Source: Candidatus Woesearchaeota archaeon (GTDB lineage: Archaea > Nanobdellota > Nanobdellia > Pacearchaeales > GW2011-AR1). From it: a stretch of 36,437 nucleotides of DNA. A program made the position numbers and the translations under genes. The notes under the pieces are model-generated. The model was not told where the DNA came from, searched no databases, and was given only the letters and a program-made list of their open reading frames with translations. The DNA is taken from contig CAYWWB010000005.1 in the NCBI GenBank assembly GCA_964462045.1, positions 1 through 36,437 of the forward strand. The letters are read 5' to 3'. Positions 8,015 to 14,911 of the stretch are shown here, one piece after another (positions within the stretch are counted from its first letter, which is position 1; each line of letters starts with the position of its first letter).

Positions 8015-8764
8015 GTGAATAAAATTTATAAAGGCAAACCATTAAGAGATATTATGAATTTTATAAAAAAAGTTGTGGAGAAAAATTTTGATGAATCTGT
8101 TCATCTTCAGTTTCAGAAGTTTTCTAAAGGAGAATTTAAAAATAAAGCTATGATTGAAGCCAAAAACTCTAATGGTAAATATACAATTAAAACTTCTCCT
8201 GAATTTGCAAATGAACTTGTAAGAACAATGGCAGGAAAATTAGGAGATGAAAAAACAAAAGTTACTGGGGCTGTTGTGTCTACTCTTGACTTGAAAAATG
8301 ATTTAGATTATAAAGAAGTAAAACAATTTCAAGGAGTTAAAAGATATCTAATTGATAAAGAAATGTCTGGGGATGAAATTACTAACCTATTAAATAAATT
8401 CCCTAAGAATTTTTTTGCCTTGAGTTTTTCTACTCCAGATGGTTCTATTTTAAAAATTAAACCTAAAGCTCCAAAATCAGGAAAACCTGGTTCAAAAGGA
8501 GATAGTAAACCTAAAGTTGATTTTTGTTCATTAAAAACAACAGATAAAGAATTAGCTAAAGAATTTATATTTGAAAATCCTGAATTTAAAAAAGCAGATA
8601 TCTCTCATAAATATATTATTGAAAAACTAGAAATACCAGAAGAAGCAAAAAGTTCAGGAGATTTCAAAAAAATGAGAGAGGCTGCTAAAAGGATTGGAAA
8701 AATTATCAGAGAATCTGAAATAGATGGTTCTGTTAAAGAAGAAGGATTTGAGTTGAGGGCTTAA
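8015..8764 (+). CDS. Hypothetical protein (two domains joined by a Lys/Pro/Gly linker)
   Basis: 249-aa ORF with normal composition and no family I recognise. The track start is GTG; an alternative ATG is at 8054. Confidence 0.6.
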   Translation: MNKIYKGKPLRDIMNFIKKVVEKNFDESVHLQFQKFSKGEFKNKAMIEAKNSNGKYTIKTSPEFANELVRTMAGKLGDEKTKVTGAVVSTLDLKNDLDYKEVKQFQGVKRYLIDKEMSGDEITNLLNKFPKNFFALSFSTPDGSILKIKPKAPKSGKPGSKGDSKPKVDFCSLKTTDKELAKEFIFENPEFKKADISHKYIIEKLEIPEEAKSSGDFKKMREAAKRIGKIIRESEIDGSVKEEGFELRA

Positions 8765-8828
8765 TTAAAATAAATACTATTTTTTTAACACAATAATACT
8801 TATTAATAAAAATTTCTAAAATATTTTA

Positions 8829-9155
8829 ATGGCTGGGAAAAAAATATATCAAATTTCAAATCAAATAGCTCACATAAAGAGGAAGATTAAAATAAAATAC
8901 AAACACATTTTTCAAGCAGGGCTTGGAGGAGACTATGACATTGTTTCAAAAACTTTAAAATATCATTCAAAAGGATTACTCATTAAAAAAAACGAAGTAT
9001 CTTTAAATCAAGGTAGAGGGATTTCTGAAAGATTAACAATATATGAAAAAGGATTTTTAGGAATTAAAAAGAAAATTGTTTTTGATAAAGAGGGCAATAA
9101 AATATCTGTTTTAGAACCTGGAGCTTGGCAAAATAAACTTGAAGAACTATTATAA
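8829..9155 (+). CDS. Hypothetical small basic protein
   Basis: 108-aa ORF directly upstream of the uL3 operon. No recognisable family. Confidence 0.55.
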   Translation: MAGKKIYQISNQIAHIKRKIKIKYKHIFQAGLGGDYDIVSKTLKYHSKGLLIKKNEVSLNQGRGISERLTIYEKGFLGIKKKIVFDKEGNKISVLEPGAWQNKLEELL

Positions 9156-9251
9156 ACAATACACAATAACCTTTAAAAACCCTCATTTTCTCATTAATTC
9201 TATTCCAGGGAACAAATAAAATGATAATCTCCGTATTTGAAAATATAGGAA

Positions 9252-10208
9252 ATGCCAAAAAGAAAATCACCAAGAAAAGGAAGTTTGCAATTTTGGCCCA
9301 GAAAAAGGGCTAAAAAAATTTTGCCTAGTGTAAACTGGAATGCTATTAGTTCTGGAAAAAACCTCAAAGGATTTATTTGTTATAAAGCGGGAATGACTTC
9401 TGCTAAAATAAAGGATAATACTCCGGATTCAAGAACAAAAGGAAAAGAAATTCCAATTCCTGCAACAATTCTTGAATGTCCAAAACTAAGAATTTTCTCA
9501 GTTAGATTACATAAAAATAAACAAGTTGTTTTAGATATCTTAAATACAAATCTTGAAAAAGAATTAAAAAAGAAATTAAAACTTCCAAAAAATGCTTCTG
9601 GAAAACTTGATGATATTAAACCTGAAGAATACGATGATGTAAGTATCATTGTTTACACTCAAATTAAAAAAACAGGATTAAAAAAGAAACCTGATTTATC
9701 TGAAATAGGTCTAACAGGTAAGGATGTTGAAGAAAAATTAAATTGGGTTAAAGAAAATTTAGGGAAAGAAATTTCTATTTTTGATGTATTTGAAGAAGGG
9801 CAATTACTTGATGTTAGAGGATTAACAAAAGGAAAAGGAACTCAGGGCCCTGTTAAAAGATTTGGAATCCAATTAAAAGTTAGAAAAGCTGAAAAAGGTA
9901 GAAGAAGACCTGGAAATGTTGGACCATGGCATCCTGCTCGTGTTACTTTCAGAGTTCCAATGGCAGGACAATTAGGATTATTTACAAGAGTTCATTATAA
10001 TCAAAAAATTCTCTCTTTAGGAAAATCTGAAGATTTAAAGGAGGGTCTAAAAGGAATTAAAAATTATGGAGATATTAAAACTGATTATTTAATTGTTTCT
10101 GGAAGTGTTCAAGGACCTTCAAAAAGACAAATCTTGATGACTGCTCCCTTAAGAGAAAGTAAATTCCAGAAAAAGAAAAATTATGAATTTGGAGGGATTA
10201 TAAAATGA
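9252..10208 (+). CDS. rpl3: 50S ribosomal protein uL3
   Basis: 318 aa. Archaeal L3 N-terminus PRKGSLQFWPRKRA. First gene of the conserved L3-L4-L23-L2-S19 order. Confidence 0.96.
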   Translation: MPKRKSPRKGSLQFWPRKRAKKILPSVNWNAISSGKNLKGFICYKAGMTSAKIKDNTPDSRTKGKEIPIPATILECPKLRIFSVRLHKNKQVVLDILNTNLEKELKKKLKLPKNASGKLDDIKPEEYDDVSIIVYTQIKKTGLKKKPDLSEIGLTGKDVEEKLNWVKENLGKEISIFDVFEEGQLLDVRGLTKGKGTQGPVKRFGIQLKVRKAEKGRRRPGNVGPWHPARVTFRVPMAGQLGLFTRVHYNQKILSLGKSEDLKEGLKGIKNYGDIKTDYLIVSGSVQGPSKRQILMTAPLRESKFQKKKNYEFGGIIK

Positions 10209-11014
10209 AATCAAAAGTTTTAGATTTACAAGGAAAAGAAAAAGGAAATATAGATTTACCAAAAGCATTTGAAAAAAAAGTTAGAGAAGATATTGTTGCT
10301 AAAATAATTGAAGCAAAAAAATTAATACAACCTTACTCTCCAAGTCCTGTTGCTGGAAGACAAAACTCTGCTCAAGGACAACAAATTCATAGAAGAAAGG
10401 TTTGGAAAAGTCAATATGGGAGAGGTATGTCAAGAATACCTAGAAAAATAATGATGAGGAGAGGTTCTCAATTTCATTGGGAAGGAGCGGTTGTTCCAAA
10501 TACTAAAGGGGGTAGAAGAGCCCACCCTCCAAAAACAATTTCTATGACTAATCTTCCTAAAATAAACAAAAAAGAACTAAAAATTGCTTTTGAATCTGCA
10601 TTATCTGCAACAGCAAATGAAAAATATATTTTAGAAAAATATTCATCTTTAGATAAATTAGATAAAAAAATTCCTTTAGTATTATCACTATCAGAAAAAA
10701 CAAAAATCAAAGAAATGTTAAATGGAATAAAAAAAATTCTTGGAGAAGAATTATATAAAGTAGCTATAAAAAACAAAAAAATAAGAGCAGGGAAAGGAAA
10801 AATGAGAGGAAGAAAATATAAAATATCTGCAGGTATGCTTTTAGTTACTGGAAATGATGAAGAATTAAAAACAAAAATGTTTGAAGTTAGAAAAGCAAAA
10901 AATTTAGGGGTTATGGATTTGGCTGAAGGAGGGTTAGGCAGATTAACTATTTATACTGAAAAAGCAATTAAAGATTTGAATAAAAAATTAAATCCCAAGG
11001 AGAAGAAAGAATGA
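10205..11014 (+). CDS. rpl4: 50S ribosomal protein uL4
   Basis: 269 aa. ATGA overlap with uL3. L4/L1e motifs (SPVAGRQNSA, GRGMSRIPR). Confidence 0.95.
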   Translation: MKSKVLDLQGKEKGNIDLPKAFEKKVREDIVAKIIEAKKLIQPYSPSPVAGRQNSAQGQQIHRRKVWKSQYGRGMSRIPRKIMMRRGSQFHWEGAVVPNTKGGRRAHPPKTISMTNLPKINKKELKIAFESALSATANEKYILEKYSSLDKLDKKIPLVLSLSEKTKIKEMLNGIKKILGEELYKVAIKNKKIRAGKGKMRGRKYKISAGMLLVTGNDEELKTKMFEVRKAKNLGVMDLAEGGLGRLTIYTEKAIKDLNKKLNPKEKKE

Positions 11015-11253
11015 GTTTAATTCCTTTATCAACGGAAAAAGCTGTAATGAAAATTGAAACAGAGAATGTTTTAACATTCAAAGTTGAAATAAATAAAACA
11101 AAACCAGAAATTAAAAAAGAAATAGAAGAACTTTTTAATGTCAAAGTAGAAAGAATAAGAATAAAAGTTATTGGAAATAAAAAATATGCTTATATTAAAT
11201 TAAATCCAGAAAATTTAGCTATTGATATAGCAACTAAATTAGGAATGATGTAA
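11011..11253 (+). CDS. rpl23: 50S ribosomal protein uL23
   Basis: 80 aa. ATGA overlap with uL4. Conserved position and L23-like sequence. Confidence 0.92.
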   Translation: MSLIPLSTEKAVMKIETENVLTFKVEINKTKPEIKKEIEELFNVKVERIRIKVIGNKKYAYIKLNPENLAIDIATKLGMM

Positions 11254-11254
11254 A

Positions 11255-11950
11255 ATGGGAAAACGAATAATTCAACAAAGACGTGGAAGAGGAACTTCAA
11301 CTTACAGAGTTAAGAAAAAATCATATAAACATAAAATCCAGTTTCCTTCTATAATTGAGGGGGAGGGAGAAGTTGTTAAATTAATTAATTCATCAGCCCA
11401 TACTGCTCCACTAGCTCAGATTAAATTAAAAAATAAAATGTTTATTATTCCGGCTTATAACCAAATATATGAAGGAGAAAAAATTAAATTCAATAATGAA
11501 TTAAAAACAGGGAATATTGTAGAATTAGGTAATGTTCCAGAAAAAACAAGAGTATATTGTATTGAATCTAAACCGAGAGACGGAGGGAAATTCATAAAAA
11601 CAGGTGGAACTTCAGGAGTTGTAACTAGGAAAGTTGGAGGGAAGGTTTTTATATCAATGCCTTCAAAAAAAGAAAAAGGATTTAATCCAAAATCAAGAGC
11701 AATTATAGGGCAGATTGCTGGACATGGAAGATTAGAAAAACCGGTTCTTAAAGCAGGAAAAAAGTATTATATTAAAAAATCAAAAGGTAAATTATGGCCA
11801 AGAACTTCAGCTGTAAAGATGAATGCAATTGATCATCCTTTTGGTTCTGGTAGAGCTAAAAATCCAAAAAGTAAAATTGCTAAAAGAAATGCTGCACCTG
11901 GTAAAAAAGTTGGTTTATTAAGACCAAAGAGAACAGGTAAAAAGAAATAG
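11255..11950 (+). CDS. rpl2: 50S ribosomal protein uL2
   Basis: 231 aa. MGKRIIQQRRGRG N-terminus and the HPFGSGR motif near the C-terminus. Confidence 0.96.
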   Translation: MGKRIIQQRRGRGTSTYRVKKKSYKHKIQFPSIIEGEGEVVKLINSSAHTAPLAQIKLKNKMFIIPAYNQIYEGEKIKFNNELKTGNIVELGNVPEKTRVYCIESKPRDGGKFIKTGGTSGVVTRKVGGKVFISMPSKKEKGFNPKSRAIIGQIAGHGRLEKPVLKAGKKYYIKKSKGKLWPRTSAVKMNAIDHPFGSGRAKNPKSKIAKRNAAPGKKVGLLRPKRTGKKK

Positions 11951-11955
11951 TTAAA

Positions 11956-12348
11956 ATGGAACATAAAAAAGAATTTACATATAGAGGAAAGAATATTGAA
12001 GAATTAAAAAAACTTAGTTTGAAAGAGTTTGCAGACTTGTTAGTCTCAAGACAAAGAAGAACTCTTTTAAGGAATCTTCAGGAAACACAAAAATTTATTG
12101 AAAGAATAAAAAATAAAGAAAAGAAAAATAAAAGGATTAAAACCCATAAAAGAAATGTTGTTATTGTTCCAGAATTAGTTGGAAAAGAAATTAATGTATA
12201 TAAGGGGAATGGTTTTGGACAAATTAAAATTACAGAAAAAATGTTGGGACACAAATTAGGAGAATTTGCACTAACAAGAACAAGAGTCAACCATGGAAGT
12301 GCAGGAGTGGGTGCAACCAAAGGAAGTAAACATAAATCAATGAAATAA
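11956..12348 (+). CDS. rps19: 30S ribosomal protein uS19
   Basis: 130 aa. Motif GHKLGEFALTRT. Conserved position after uL2. Confidence 0.95.
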   Translation: MEHKKEFTYRGKNIEELKKLSLKEFADLLVSRQRRTLLRNLQETQKFIERIKNKEKKNKRIKTHKRNVVIVPELVGKEINVYKGNGFGQIKITEKMLGHKLGEFALTRTRVNHGSAGVGATKGSKHKSMK

Positions 12349-12349
12349 A

Positions 12350-12433
12350 ATGACAGAAGAAAATTCAAAAAATTTGAAAGAAATTTTTAGTTTGTTCGCT
12401 TTTCCAAATAAGGAAAATCAAATAAATCAATGA
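12350..12433 (+). CDS. Micro-ORF 1 (27 aa, MTEENSKNLKEIFSLFAFPNKENQINQ) inside repeat cassette copy 1
   Basis: Its ATG lies 1 nt after the uS19 stop. It reads through the cassette in the same frame as micro-ORFs 2 and 3. Translation is unproven. Confidence 0.4.
   Translation: MTEENSKNLKEIFSLFAFPNKENQINQ
12366..12422 (+). repeat. Intergenic repeat cassette, copy 1 (uS19|uL22 junction)
   Basis: The 46-nt core caaaaaatttgaaagaaatttttagtttgttcgcttttccaaataa is identical to copy 2. There is a 7-nt deletion relative to copies 2 and 3, then the shared ggaaaatcaaa. Confidence 0.9.
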
Positions 12434-12439
12434 AATAAA

Positions 12440-13126
12440 ATGACAGAAGAAAAACAAAACAAAACAACTGAAGAAAAGAAAAAACCAAATGAAAAGAAAG
12501 AAGAAACAAAAAAAATAGTTAAAACTCAAGAAAAACAAAATCCAGAAAAAACTAAGGCAAAGAAAACTGAAAATAAAGAGGAGAAAAAACCAGAAATTAA
12601 AAAAGAAAAAACTAAAGAAAGGGAAAATAAGGAAACAAAAAAGGAATCTTCACAAGAAAAAAAAGAAGAGAAAAAACCAGTAACAAAAACTCAAGAAAAA
12701 GTTACAGAAAAAAAAGAATATGCTGTTGTTAATGGGAAAAATCTTCCAATTTCAACAAAACAGGCAGTTGCAATTTGTAAATTTATTGTAAAGAAAAAAA
12801 TACCTCAAGCAATAAAAGATTTAGAAGAAGTTGTCAAAATGAAAAAAGCAGTTCCAATGAAAGGTGAAATAGCCCACAAAAAAGGGAAAGGAATGATGTC
12901 AGGAAAATATCCTGTCAAAGCTTCAAAAATTTTCATTAGATTATTAAAAAATCTCGGAGGCAACACAATTACAAACAATTTAGATAACCCTATAATTTCG
13001 GAAGCTATTGCTAATCAAGCATCAAGACCAATGGCAAAATTTGGGAGATGGGAAAGAAAAAGAACACATGTCAAAATAATTGCAAAAGATAAAAAACAAA
13101 ACAAGGAGAATAAAAAACAAAAATGA
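12440..13126 (+). CDS. rpl22: 50S ribosomal protein uL22 with ~95-aa Lys/Glu-rich N-terminal extension
   Basis: 228 aa. The C-terminal ~130 aa are L22-like (AVAICKFI..., GRWERKRTHV). The N-terminus is low-complexity K/E/T. Confidence 0.92.
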   Translation: MTEEKQNKTTEEKKKPNEKKEETKKIVKTQEKQNPEKTKAKKTENKEEKKPEIKKEKTKERENKETKKESSQEKKEEKKPVTKTQEKVTEKKEYAVVNGKNLPISTKQAVAICKFIVKKKIPQAIKDLEEVVKMKKAVPMKGEIAHKKGKGMMSGKYPVKASKIFIRLLKNLGGNTITNNLDNPIISEAIANQASRPMAKFGRWERKRTHVKIIAKDKKQNKENKKQK

Positions 13127-13176
13127 AAACAAAAATAAATTTTTTCATCCAATCAAATAAGGAGGAATTTTATTAG
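13123..13176 (+). CDS. Micro-ORF (17 aa, MKTKINFFIQSNKEEFY) in the uL22|uS3 spacer
   Basis: Its ATG overlaps the uL22 stop (ATGA). Its TAG lies 1 nt before the uS3 ATG. The spacer resembles the 3' half of the cassette (ttttc..caaataaggagg). Confidence 0.3.
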   Translation: MKTKINFFIQSNKEEFY

Positions 13177-13177
13177 A

Positions 13178-13915
13178 ATGGAAGAAAGAAAATCAGTTAA
13201 ATTAAAGAAAGATGAGTTTGCTATTAAAGAATATGTTAAAAGAAATTTAGGAAAAGGGAAAGCAAGCAAGGTTACTATTGAATATACCCCTGTAGGAGAG
13301 AAGATAGTTGTATCAACAAGTCGTCCAGGTTTGGTTATTGGTAGGGGGGGAGAAAAAATAGATGAATTGACAAGAGTTTTGAAAAAAGAATTTAAGTTAG
13401 GAAATCCAAAAATAGAAATAGACCAAATACAAGAACCAGAATTTGACGCTCAGTTAATGGCAGATAGTATTGCTCTTGCTTTGGAAAAAAAAGGCCCACT
13501 AAAATTCAAAGTTATTGCATATAGAACCCTTCAAAAAATCATGGATACAGGGGCATTAGGAGTAGAAATAAGATTAAGTGGTAAACTTCCTAGCTCAAGG
13601 GCTAAGAGTTGGAGATTTGCTCAAGGATACCTAAAAAAAACAGGAGAAACAAAAGGGATTGTAGATAAAGCGCAATCAATCGCCCAAACAAGACCGGGAA
13701 CTGTGGGAGTAAAAGTAAGTATTATCTCACCTCATGTCAAACTTTTAGATAGAATAAATATTGATGAAGAATTAATTAAAAAATTAAAAGAAAATTCAAA
13801 AGAAAAAGAACCTGAAGAAGAAAAAACAACAAGCAGAACTAAAGGTTCTACCTCGCCTGCTAAAAATGTCGGACGAAAGAAAAAATCAACTAAAAAACAA
13901 GAAAATAAAAAATGA
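13178..13915 (+). CDS. rps3: 30S ribosomal protein uS3
   Basis: 245 aa. KH-domain motif GRGGEKIDEL. Has a K/E-rich C-terminal tail. Confidence 0.95.
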   Translation: MEERKSVKLKKDEFAIKEYVKRNLGKGKASKVTIEYTPVGEKIVVSTSRPGLVIGRGGEKIDELTRVLKKEFKLGNPKIEIDQIQEPEFDAQLMADSIALALEKKGPLKFKVIAYRTLQKIMDTGALGVEIRLSGKLPSSRAKSWRFAQGYLKKTGETKGIVDKAQSIAQTRPGTVGVKVSIISPHVKLLDRINIDEELIKKLKENSKEKEPEEEKTTSRTKGSTSPAKNVGRKKKSTKKQENKK

Positions 13916-14001
13916 AAATCAAAGAAAATTCAAAAAATTTGAAAGAAATTTTTAGTTTGTTCGCTTTTCCAAATAAAAATGGAGGAAAATCAAACAAATG
14001 A
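13912..14001 (+). CDS. Micro-ORF 2 (29 aa, MKIKENSKNLKEIFSLFAFPNKNGGKSNK) inside cassette copy 2
   Basis: ATGA overlap with the uS3 stop at its 5' end and ATGA overlap with the uL29 start at its 3' end. Confidence 0.4.
   Translation: MKIKENSKNLKEIFSLFAFPNKNGGKSNK
13931..13997 (+). repeat. Intergenic repeat cassette, copy 2 (uS3|uL29 junction)
   Basis: 67 nt, identical to copy 3 except for one base (g/c). Contains agaaatttttag and a GGAGG about 12 nt before the uL29 ATG. Confidence 0.92.
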
Positions 14002-14180
14002 AAACCAAAGAAATAAGAGAAATGAAAAAAGAAGAAAGAGATAAAAAAATGAAAGAATTAAAAATGGAATTAATCAAATCAGGAGCAAGTGATCAAAATT
14101 CAAACTCAAAGAAAAAAGAAATTAAAAAAACAATTGCTAAGATACTTACCATAAATAAATCAGAGGAGGAAAAAAAATAG
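13998..14180 (+). CDS. rpl29: 50S ribosomal protein uL29
   Basis: 60 aa. MKTKEIREMKKEERDKKMKELKMEL is a typical L29 helix. Conserved position after uS3. Confidence 0.92.
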   Translation: MKTKEIREMKKEERDKKMKELKMELIKSGASDQNSNSKKKEIKKTIAKILTINKSEEEKK

Positions 14181-14483
14181 ATGGAGATTTGTCCTAAATG
14201 TGGATTACCTCAACAAGCTTGTATTTGCGAACAAATCACAAAAAGTTCACAAAGAATAAAAGTTACAACAGACAAAAAAAGATATGGTAAAATTGTAACG
14301 ATTGTTAGTGGATTTGAAAGTGAAGTTGATACAAAACGTATTGCAAAGACATTAAAAAACAAACTCGCTTGTGGAGGAACATATAAGGAAAATTCAATAA
14401 TACTCCAAGGAGATCACAAAGGAAAAATAAAACCTGTTCTTATCAAAGAAGGATTTGATGAAGACTCTATTGAAGATGAATAA
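14181..14483 (+). CDS. Translation initiation factor aSUI1 (eIF1 homologue)
   Basis: 100 aa. N-terminal Cys knuckle CPKCG...CIC followed by a SUI1 fold sequence (RYGKIVTIVSGF..., LACGGT). The position between L29 and S17 is known in archaea. Confidence 0.9.
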   Translation: MEICPKCGLPQQACICEQITKSSQRIKVTTDKKRYGKIVTIVSGFESEVDTKRIAKTLKNKLACGGTYKENSIILQGDHKGKIKPVLIKEGFDEDSIEDE

Positions 14484-14484
14484 A

Positions 14485-14823
14485 ATGACTGAAGAAAAAC
14501 AAACAAAGAAAAACAATAAAGAAGAACTAGCTAAAGCCCTAAAAAAAGATAAAATAAGTACAAGAGGGAAAACTTTCCAAGGTAAAGTTATAAGAAAATT
14601 CTATAAAAGAATAACTATAGAATTTGAAAGAATGATTTATGTTAAAAAATATGAAAGGTATATGAAATCTCGAACAAAAATACATGCAAGACTTCCTGAA
14701 GAATTTGAAAAAGAAGTTAATGTGGGGGATTTAGTAAAGATTCAAGAATGTAGGCCATTGAGTAAAATTGTTCACTTTGTATTCCTAGAAAAACTAAAAG
14801 ATGCCTCAGAGGTAACACAATAA
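14485..14823 (+). CDS. rps17: 30S ribosomal protein uS17
   Basis: The track ORF starts at 14455 inside SUI1. An in-frame ATG at 14485, 1 nt after the SUI1 stop, is the likely start (MTEEKQTKK...). S17 core: GKVIRKFYKRITIEFE...VKIQECRPLSK. Confidence 0.92.
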   Translation: MTEEKQTKKNNKEELAKALKKDKISTRGKTFQGKVIRKFYKRITIEFERMIYVKKYERYMKSRTKIHARLPEEFEKEVNVGDLVKIQECRPLSKIVHFVFLEKLKDASEVTQ

Positions 14824-14824
14824 A

Positions 14825-14911
14825 ATGAAATCAATAAATACAAAAAATTTCAAAGAAATTTTTAGTTTGTTCGCTTTTCCAAATAAAAATGGAGGAAAAT
14901 CAAACAAATGA
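14825..14911 (+). CDS. Micro-ORF 3 (28 aa, MKSINTKNFKEIFSLFAFPNKNGGKSNK) inside cassette copy 3
   Basis: Its ATG lies 1 nt after the uS17 stop. Its TGA overlaps the uL14 ATG (ATGA). Confidence 0.4.
   Translation: MKSINTKNFKEIFSLFAFPNKNGGKSNK
14841..14907 (+). repeat. Intergenic repeat cassette, copy 3 (uS17|uL14 junction)
   Basis: 67 nt, identical to copy 2 apart from one base. Confidence 0.92.

Noticed and set aside
14455-14484. Long N-terminal extensions implied by the track starts of uS17 (14455), uL15 (20550), the two hypothetical genes (21576, 22270) and the DedA-like gene (5006)
   Set aside because: Each extension overlaps the preceding gene. An in-frame ATG lies 1 nt after the upstream stop, in the TAA-A-ATG pattern used throughout this locus. 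For the DedA-like gene, an internal ATG follows a junk-like N-terminus. The shorter starts were preferred.
12366-14907. CRISPR array as an explanation for the three near-identical repeats
   Set aside because: The copies are about 1.5 kb and 0.9 kb apart and separated by conserved r-protein genes, not by short unique spacers. The repeat is not palindromic and no cas genes are present.
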